This document shows, piece by piece, positions 55,001 to 64,000 of a DNA stretch of 64,000 bases. Made by a program: the position numbers and the translations under genes. Numbering within the stretch: position 1 is the stretch's first letter; each line of letters begins with the position of its first letter. Source of the DNA: Proteromonas lacertae (Eukaryota). Where the stretch lies: contig NGBS01000013.1 in assembly GCA_002245135.1 (NCBI GenBank), forward strand, positions 62,001 to 126,000, in the 5' to 3' direction. Below the pieces are notes generated by a model that worked only from the letters and a program-made list of their open reading frames with translations, made no database searches and was not told the origin of the DNA.

Positions 55001-58000
55001 ATTCTTTTAAATTGAAATCTTTCTTGGTTTTATGTTCAGCAAATTCATCAGCTATTTTTCTCATTTCATCATAATTGCCTAAATTCCAAGCTGCATCGAA
55101 TAACATACGAATTAATGAAGTTTTTAATTCTTCATTATTATTACCTCCACTTTCTCCATCATTTATATTTGAATTCTTTTTATCATTCCTAAATTGACTA
55201 CTTAGTTGTTTCCATCGAATATTAACTAAGTTTAATACTTTCTGATATTCTCCTATCGCATATAAACATCGTAATCTTCCATAAACTATCTTCAAATCTT
55301 CATTTATTATTAAATCATCACTATCATTTGCATTTATTCGACTATCAGCTATTAATTGCTTTTCTTCATAAGTTTTTAATGCTTCATCCCAAAGTCCTAG
55401 TTTTTCATACCATAATTCTTCTACTTTGATCTTTGTTCCTTTCGCATAATTCAATATACCTTCAGCTGCTTCTGGTTGACCCAATTGGTTATAAATTGAG
55501 ATTAATTGTTCAATACAACTACTAGGAACACGTGTAAATTGGATTTCTAGGAAATGTAAGGCTTTAGCATAAGCATTACACTTCAAAGCTAGTTCGCCAA
55601 TTTGGCTTGGCTCAATTGGTAATGCTCTTTCTTGCAATTCCATGAATTCTAATAGGTTTAAAATCATATTTAATATCTCTAGAGGTACTGATGACTTATT
55701 TATAATTTTCTTGATACTTTGAACCACTTCATCTTGAGCATCTAGCAATAACTCATCCCAACACGATAAGAACGCTATATTGAATAATTCCTTCTGTAAT
55801 GGGATATATACAACAGCTAGATTGTGACAAGTTCTTATAACTACTGAAGGTGAACATTTGATTAGTGAATAGGAGAGTTTTCTTATCCATTCCATCCAAT
55901 CTCTATCATCTATCACATTCTCAATATTAAATGATTTTATTACCTCATCACTGGAGAATTTCAAGTTGTGATTACTTTCATCATAATTAAGTTTATGTTC
56001 TGCAGGTCTGATTATCTCCATTGGTGGTAATGGTAAACCATTTATTAACTATATAAGAAATTATAATGTATAATGTATAATATACAGTGGTTAATAAATC
56101 TATATACTTTGGATAACCAATTTTCAAATTATATAAAACATTACCAACTGTTGGAGAATAAATTATATAATCTTCTTTTAATAAATACACTAATGAACAT
56201 AATATCTCTAATATTTGACTTCTAATCACTGTATCTGTTGATTGTTCTAATGTTCTTAATAATGGATTTATTACTTTCGGAGCATAATCAATATTCTTCA
56301 TTGATTGACATAATAAATTGATTGTTGTTAAGGTTTTCTTTTGCAATGAGATTAAAGTGGAATTGCTACTATTATTTTGATTATTTTCCATCATTTTTAA
56401 TAGAGATGGCATTACGATATAAGTGAATTCCGTTAGAGATGGAGAGAGATATTGTAAAGTGTTTAAAATCTTCATTGTTCCTTCTTTATCACTTGATTTA
56501 TCACTATTTAAGGCTTTTAACATTAATGTCACTAGTTTTGGAACATATAATATAAATTCACTTTTAGCTACTGTATAGATATGTTCAACTAGTGTTAATA
56601 GACTGGAAAGATTCTTATCCCAATAGTTATAAACTAATTCGAATATTTCTGGTAAATATTCACTTATATTATGTTCTACTATTAAGATAATTGTTGGTAA
56701 TTGTTGAATGATCATTTCTCGACAAACATGAGAACATGATGGAATGAGTGATAATAATGGAGATAAGATTATATTCAAATAAGGAACAACTCTATAAATA
56801 TATAAATATATAAATACTGTGATTTTAATATTGTGACAATACTGGTTATCTTTTGAATTACATCTTGAGGATCATCTTTCTTTTCTTTCAACATTTTTAT
56901 TAATGAAGTGATTGTAGTTGATATTATATAAGAATCACTTTGAGATGTACTAGAATCTTTGATTGGATTGATTGCTTTTGATGTAACATTATCATTAATT
57001 GGATTAGAACTGTCATTCAGTGTGGAGATTATTGATTTATATTCATACGGATCTAATGCTCCTAATCTTCCGATTGTTTTCATTGTTTGTTCTCTTGTCT
57101 CAGCATCTAATTGAACTGAACCTAATAGGTTTAATAACAGTGGTAATAATTGGGGAAATGCAATATATGGATCAATTACCATACTATTTTATAATAATAA
57201 TAATTATAATAATAATAAAAGATACTTTTCATCTTTTGTGAATTCTTCTAAAACAAATAGTGCAGCTTTCTTCTTTGGAGCTGGTACATCTTCTTGTAAA
57301 CAATTTAATAAGATTGGAATTATATCTTTATAATATTGAGATAATTCACTTGGATTTACTCGAATTAATTCACCTAAGGTAGATAAGATGGCACTAGCAA
57401 CACCAACTATATATATATAGAATAAAAACATATATACCATGAGAAGTAGCTTGTAATCTTGGAAATAATGCATTATATGTTGATAATGAATAAGGCTCGA
57501 ATAGGCTTGGAGCGATTTTTACTAAATGACTAAGTAATTGAATTGCTTCATCTTTAGCTAAACCATCTTCCCAATATTCTACTTTATTTAAGATTTCAGC
57601 ATCTGTTTGACGAATATAAGGAGCTATAGCAGAAGGATTGTAATTAACCAATCTTCCAAGGATTTCACAACCAACTAATTCATTTTTAAATTCTTCATCT
57701 CCTATTGCTCGAAATATGTAATTGATATTTTGAGATTCTTGTAGAAATTGATCATATCGACTATCTAAACATAATAAGATTTTATATCGCAATTCGGCAC
57801 TTCGATCAGTTACACACATTATCAATAATCGTTGAAGTATATCTTCGATTAAATATTTCGCATTTTGAACTTCATTATTTGATTCATATTCTACATTGAA
57901 ATAGATATTACTAGAATCATTTTTGGGTAGTAATAACTATTAATAAATAAATTATATATAAATATATACTTGACAACAAGCTAAAGCAGCAGATTTTCGA

Positions 58001-59772
58001 ATTGAAGATATATGATGATCTAAATAGATTACTACACTCTCTTTCAATAGAGGTAATAAATTGATATTTCCCCAATCGATTGTTGTTAAAGAATCTAATG
58101 CCAATTTGATAGTATTTATATCATAAGTGGTTATATCTTCTTGAATTATATTCGAAGGTAATAAATAACTTTGAATTAATCGATCAGATTTGGTTATTGA
58201 AGCTTTGTAATACGGTTTACCTGATAATACTAATGATAATTCGTGGATTAACCTCTCTTGAATATAAGGACATAAACGAGGAATATTCTTGGATACTTCT
58301 GTTAATGTGTTGATTAAAGCAGGTGATAAGTGTAAATTAAACATCTATTTTATATTATTATTATTATTATTATTATTATACTGGATCTAATATTGATTTT
58401 ATTGCATCATATAATGTTATTTGAAGTTTTTGAAATGATTCATAAGTTTGATTATGTTTTAAATCTTGAATGGATTTCTTATTTAATGGTTCAACTGATT
58501 GAGCTAATAAAGCTACACATCGTAATGCTTGGGGAGATGAACGTCTAATTTATAATAGATAATAGATAATAAATTATTAATATTATACTTTTTAGATGTT
58601 AAAGTATTTACAATATGTTTCATTATTGGACTAATATGAGCTGGATCAAATTTATCTTGTAAAGCTGTTGCTAATTTACCTATACTTACAAAAGCTAAAG
58701 CTTTTTCACTTGAATCAGTTAAAGCACCTTGTAATAACACCATCCATGCATAATAATTATTATTTAAGGAAATGAAAGTATTTTGATCAAATTTGGCAAA
58801 GATATGAGCTAATTCTATATTTCAATATATATATATATATTATATTTTATTATACTAATTACACTGCTTCGAATATATTTATCTTTTATATCTTTACATT
58901 CTAATGTAAATTTCATCATCTCACTACAATGATCTCGAGCAAATTTATCTCCTGCTTTTATTAAACCTGTTATTATCAATAACATTCCATGTACTTCTTC
59001 AGTATTCACTTTGTTTATTTCACTGTTTATTATTATCTCATTTGACATATAATCACTTATATTACTGTATAATTTTTCATACCAGTTGTTTTTATCACTA
59101 CTTTCTTTTTGATATAGTAATTTTAATGCTTCTTTTAATGCTTTATAAGCAGCTAATCGAATATGATATTTATCACTTTTTAATTTTAACCAAATATTAT
59201 CTATAAATTTTGGCATCTTTTGGTAGAATATGATTGGAGAATTTCGAGCTAATTGTTTTATCATCGTGAGAGCTAATAAATGACGATTGGATTGATGTTC
59301 ATTGTTTAACCATTCTAAAGCACAATCTACTTCTTTTTCTAAAAAGTCAGCTATCTGAGATCCATCGATCTTACCAAAATGACCTAATAACTAAATCAAA
59401 TACATATATAGTAAAAACATTATATCTTTATACTTGACAAGACATTTCGATTAATTCGTCTGAACTAGCTGTTGAAACAGCATTTATTGCCAATCGATTA
59501 TATAGAGCAAATCGAACTAAAGTTTGGATATCATTTCGAAGAATATCAAGAATTGAGTCGATTATGGTTAAACCACCTAAACGATCGTAAATATCAGTAC
59601 TATTGATATAATGAAATATTTCGGTTGTTAAATTCGTAAACAGTTTGGTTAGTTCTTCAACTGCTTGGTCTTTTAAAGCTATTTCTAGACTTACTCGAAC
59701 TTTACATGCTGCTTTCTTTCTCACTTTAGGATCACGACTTACTAAATCACTGTCATTTAGAATAGAAGACAT
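52021..59772 (-). CDS. TOR: Target of rapamycin kinase (HEAT, FAT, FRB, PI3K-like kinase, FATC); two apparent +1 frameshifts near 53330 and 53200
   Basis: CNAYAKALHF.E, WLDVIPQLIAR, FRB VAILWSEMW.EGLE.ASR, KGHEDLRQDER, LGLGDRHPSN, HIDFGDCFE, terminal LCQLYIGWCPFW. Confidence 0.96.
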
Positions 59773-62109
59773 TAGATCTTTTTTTAATTAAAAATATCAA
59801 TTCTTGAAACGGATAAAAATGTGAAAATAGATTAGACAATCAAATCATTATATAGAAAGAGTTATTTAGATATAATATAATCAAAGATATACAGATGTTC
59901 AATATAAACAAATAGTAGGATAATAGAAAAAACAAAAGCATTATCAAGTAAATATGTAATTGTTGTAACAATTAATCAATTTCTAAACTTTTATTAGGAT
60001 GATTTTCTTTCATTCTTCTTTTAAAATCATCATAATTGGATATTTTGTTATTATACAACCATAAATTCTTCAATTCTTTACATTTATGAAGATTGTTTAT
60101 CAATATTTCTCCTCCAATATCACCAATTTCATTATCATTCAAATCCAATATTTGCAACTTTTGGTATTTCATTTATATTTTCACATAAATATTCTATTCC
60201 TTTATCACCTATTTTATTACCTATTAATTATTATTATCATAAAATATATACCCCATAAATACAATCCTTCTAATTTTGGAATATCTTTAAAATATGAACT
60301 TAAATATCTCATATGCTTCATATCCTAATTTACATTCTATTTAATAATTATGATAAAATTAATACTTCCAATGATCCAATTTCTTCAATTTTGGAATGAA
60401 ATGAAGATTTTCTGAAAATATTTTTAAACTATTATTATTACCAAATGGATTAAAATTATAACCATAATTCCTCCAAATTTGGAAAGAATTTCAAACATTC
60501 TGAGAATGTATTTAATCCAATTGAAGTTAAATCATTAGCCTATAAATAATATTATTCAATTATCATACATCGTATATCTATTTTTGTCACATTATTCATT
60601 CTATCAAGTTTTGAACATAAATATTTCATTCCTTCATCTTTCATATAAACTAATTATTATATAAAAATATTATATTATACATACATTTATAAAAAAACAA
60701 TTCATTTCCATTTCATTTTTTACATTTATTAATTTCATAATCTATTCGATTTTCTAGTTTAAAATGTATTTATATCATTTATACTCAGTTCTTCATCAAT
60801 CTTTATATTCTCTTCTTCAAATGGAATGACTGGAAGTTCTGCTTCATTTAATTCTATTTTATTATATCATAATAACTATATTATATACTTTTCAATTCAG
60901 CTATAACTTCATTCAATTTTAATCTATCTTTCTTTTCTTTTAACAAGTATCTTTCTTAAACAGGAGTTTATCTTTTCTCCATTTTCACATTCTAATGCAT
61001 TATACTTCACATCTCGAATATTGTCCATTGTTTCTAACATGTTTAAACCAACAAATGGATATTTGCCACTTTTTATATAATAAAATATTAATCCAAAATT
61101 CCAAATATCACTTAAAATATCTAATTCTTTTCCTAATAATTCATCATAACAAACAAAACATATATCATCTTCCTTCTCTCGATTTATTCTATCCTTCTCT
61201 TCCTTTATATAACAAATTATTTACAACAATCACTCAAAATCACTTCATTTTCATCATTTAAAAAGATATTCGGATGGTTTTAAATCACTGTGAATTGTTC
61301 CTGCTTCATTTAATCCATTCAATACATTCAATATTCCATTCAATACTTCAAATACACCATTCTCTTCAAAGTATTTCAATGGGTTAATAACATCTAAATG
61401 TGTTTTATATTCTCTCATTATTCGATATAAACAGTTTTCATCTCTTTCTATCACTTTGTATTTCATTAAACCATCTATATTCACATTATTTACTCTATTC
61501 ATTGTAGAAACTACTTCAGCAACAACTTTTGAATTTAACTCACTCACATCCAATATCTTTAATAACTTCTTTGAGCCATTATCCACATCTCGAATTTTAC
61601 ACATCCCACTTCTTCTATCACTCAACAACTAAAAGAACAAAGAAAAAGAACAAAGAAAAAAGATGAAATTGATTATACCTCATATTTATGAACATTTAAC
61701 CATCACAGAAAATGAATTCATTTATTTCAATCAGCAATAACTTCTATAACAACAATAAACAACAATTAAAAATTCAAGCTTTTTACACTTAGGCTTGAGA
61801 ATTTTCTAGACTTTTTTTTTCATTTAATCAAGCCAAGCTTCTTTCATTTTATTTTCTTTTTTTTTGAATGACAGAAATAAATAGAGAAGAAATAAATGGA
61901 ATAATTGAAATAATGAAAAGATCAATGAATTTAGAGAAGATAAAAGAATGTATCAAAGCTGTAGTTCATCTTTTATCAACCCCAACAACAAAATCAATAT
62001 TTATAAGTAGATATTATTATTCAATTGGTAAGGTGATAACCCATTCAATAATTGAAAACTGGCTTTATTGTTTAAATCCAGCTATAATCGAAGAATTGTC
62101 AAGTTATTT
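59515..62109. repeat. Right arm of the second inverted duplication
   Basis: Reverse complement of ~49333-51896. Confidence 0.93.
59972..61721 (-). pseudogene. Kinase-LRR gene copy 2, frameshifted
   Basis: Paralogous to 49720-51441 but with +1 indels: exon 1 TCTGTGATGG vs TCTGGATGG; CCATCCGAAT vs CCATCGAAT at ~61272; further indels in the LRR exons. Confidence 0.7.
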
Positions 62110-62131
62110 CATTATAAATATGTATATCTAA
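61868..62131 (+). pseudogene. Truncated duplicate of the TEL2 5' end
   Basis: MTEINREEING... matches 49574 downward for ~80 codons, then diverges and stops. Confidence 0.85.
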
Positions 62132-62193
62132 CAAACAAATTATAACAAAAACAATATATCTTTTATATATTCTATAGATTTAAAGAAATTTCT

Positions 62194-64000
62194 CTATTTA
62201 TAGTAATTAGGAATGTTCTGGAAGATGTTTTCACTCTCATTTTCATCAAATATATTTATATCATTCAAATTTATTTCTTCTCTTTTTTCTTCACTTATTT
62301 CGTTTATTCTCATTCTTTCAACATTTTCATCTTCAAACATTTTCCAAATCATATTATCACTTTTGTCTGTCATTGGAATTATATTATCTCCAATCATCGA
62401 TGGAAGATTATTCACCATCTTCAATAAATTCAAATTGTTATCTTTTCCATATTCCCAATTTGAAATATAATCATACATCACTCCATAATTTAAATTCTTT
62501 TCTTTTAACCAATTTCTAGCTTTTTCACCTCCTTCATTACAAAATATATGATAAATTATTCCCAATATTATATCATACATTATTTTATCTATTTTTAACA
62601 CTCTTTTACAATCTTCTTCACATAATAACATCATTCGTTTATAGATATCATACATTCTATCAAAATTATTGATTACTTTCATATCAACTTTACAGATACT
62701 ACTTCCATCATAATATTCGATTAATGGAAATTCTTTATTAAATAATTCAGGAAGAATTTTACCATTTAATATTTCACTCAGGTTATTTGAGATATAAACT
62801 CCTTCACATTTATTTCGAATGTTTATTATATCATATAATGCTTCTAAATAATTGCCTTTTATCATCTTGCCATTCATTTCATTTATCCAGTTATTCACTA
62901 TTCTATCTTCCACTTTCTTGTTTTTAAATTCATTCACCACTTTCCATTTGTTACAATAATTCTCAACAAATTTAATTATATTTCGATCTATTCATATCAT
63001 TATTAATAGATTATATTATATAATAAATACTTTCAAAATATATATCATAGATTGTGTTTAAATTACTTCGATCAAATATATATTCAAAAGCATCTAATAT
63101 CTCTTTTGATGGTTTTCTTTGAGCATCATTATCTCGAGTTATATTTGCTCCATCAATTAAGATTTTTAAGCATTTCAATAAGTATTCTGGACATTCCACT
63201 GATAATTTGGCTAATACAAATGAACTACTGTTGTATAAACTAATATCATTTATATTCATCTTAGAACTTTCTCCACATTTCTCTTCTACATTTATATTAC
63301 TTACACTATGAATGATTTTATCTCCATATTGTCTTAATGGATAAGAAACATTACTCAACACTTTTAAACTCATTATTCGAACTTTCACACTTGAATCACT
63401 CAATCCAACTTCAGGTAATATTCGAGCTATTGCCACTCTTAAATCGATTGAACCATATTTCATTAAGAAACTAACAGCATTATAATCTAAACAAACAGAA
63501 TCATTATTTGATGAAGATTCTAATAATCGAATTAAAGCAGATTCTTTTGTAGCTAAATATCCACCTCTTGTTGTAGTATTGTTTCTATTTATGAGATTTG
63601 ATAATGATATTAACTTCACAAATGTATTGAAAAGAATGTATGTTAGTGATGGATTATTTATATTTATAAATTCATTCAAACATTCTTCTTCACTATCTAA
63701 TAATTGTTTATTAACACTCATGTCTCTACTCATTCTATCAATATCGTCATTAATCACTTTTATTCTGTCAATTATTATTTTGTAATTTGTATAACAAACA
63801 TTTTTATATTTAATACATAACTCAGTCCAGAATGTGTTTATACTAATAGTTTTTATCTTTGCTAATACTTTTAATAACTCTATTCTATCATCTATTGTAA
63901 ATGATTTATCATTATTAGAATTATCTAATTCAGAATATTCATATAAATTGAATATAATTTGACAAATGGCTCTAGTTATTTTGTAATTAATACAAACACT
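62194..64000 (-). CDS. 3' part of a large helical (HEAT-like) protein of unknown family; 5' end outside the window
   Basis: Open frames from the window edge to ~63030 and 62987-62194, separated by a short intron. Confidence 0.55.

Noticed and set aside
20695..58380. (TA)n and (TAA/TTA)n tracts, e.g. ~20700, ~41580, ~42170, ~43695, ~58360
   Set aside because: They are simple microsatellites inside introns; not CRISPR arrays or telomeric repeats.
689..63785. Many short ORFs rich in F/L/I/Y/H (e.g. 689-961, 1826-2122, 23139-23360, 47376-48811, 62213-62470)
   Set aside because: They are antisense or off-frame shadows of real AT-rich genes, with no motifs of their own.
1..64000. Prokaryotic/phage origin or a ciliate-type reassigned genetic code
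   Set aside because: Spliceosomal GT-AG introns and eukaryotic genes (ARP2, TOR, RPB3) are present; multi-kb ORFs are open in the standard code, with TAA/TAG/TGA at expected gene ends.
62194..64000. Last gene as an ATM/ATR-like PIKK completing a TEL2-client cluster
   Set aside because: No FAT, kinase or FATC motifs appear before its stop; the family cannot be assigned by eye.

Overview
Very AT-rich, gene-dense eukaryotic DNA read with the standard genetic code. Genes carry many short (mostly ~27-40 nt) GT-AG introns, and TGTTTGTT-like elements lie 3' of some genes; this resembles a Blastocystis-like stramenopile (inference). About 25 intron-containing genes are present, including SNAPC4-like Myb, an NHL-repeat protein, UFD1/TRAF-Zn finger, MFS transporter, folC, CCDC115, RPB3, ARP2, PAM16, purF, prolidase, NOL9/Grc3, PUF6, TEL2, TOR and several LRR genes. 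The standout is a ~3,900-aa predicted class C GPCR (21782-33721, minus) whose ectodomain is nine tandem Venus-flytrap modules resembling bacterial urea/amide-binding proteins (UrtA/AmiC type). Two multi-kb inverted duplications are present: 1-3335 / 8749-12082 (near identical) and ~49333-51896 / 59515-~62109 (diverged, with the geometry of a staggered-break inversion of TOR). Also seen: an aldo-keto reductase remnant, LRR exon modularity with variation at exposed positions, and two frameshifts in TOR. All family assignments come from motifs recognised by eye, not from database searches.
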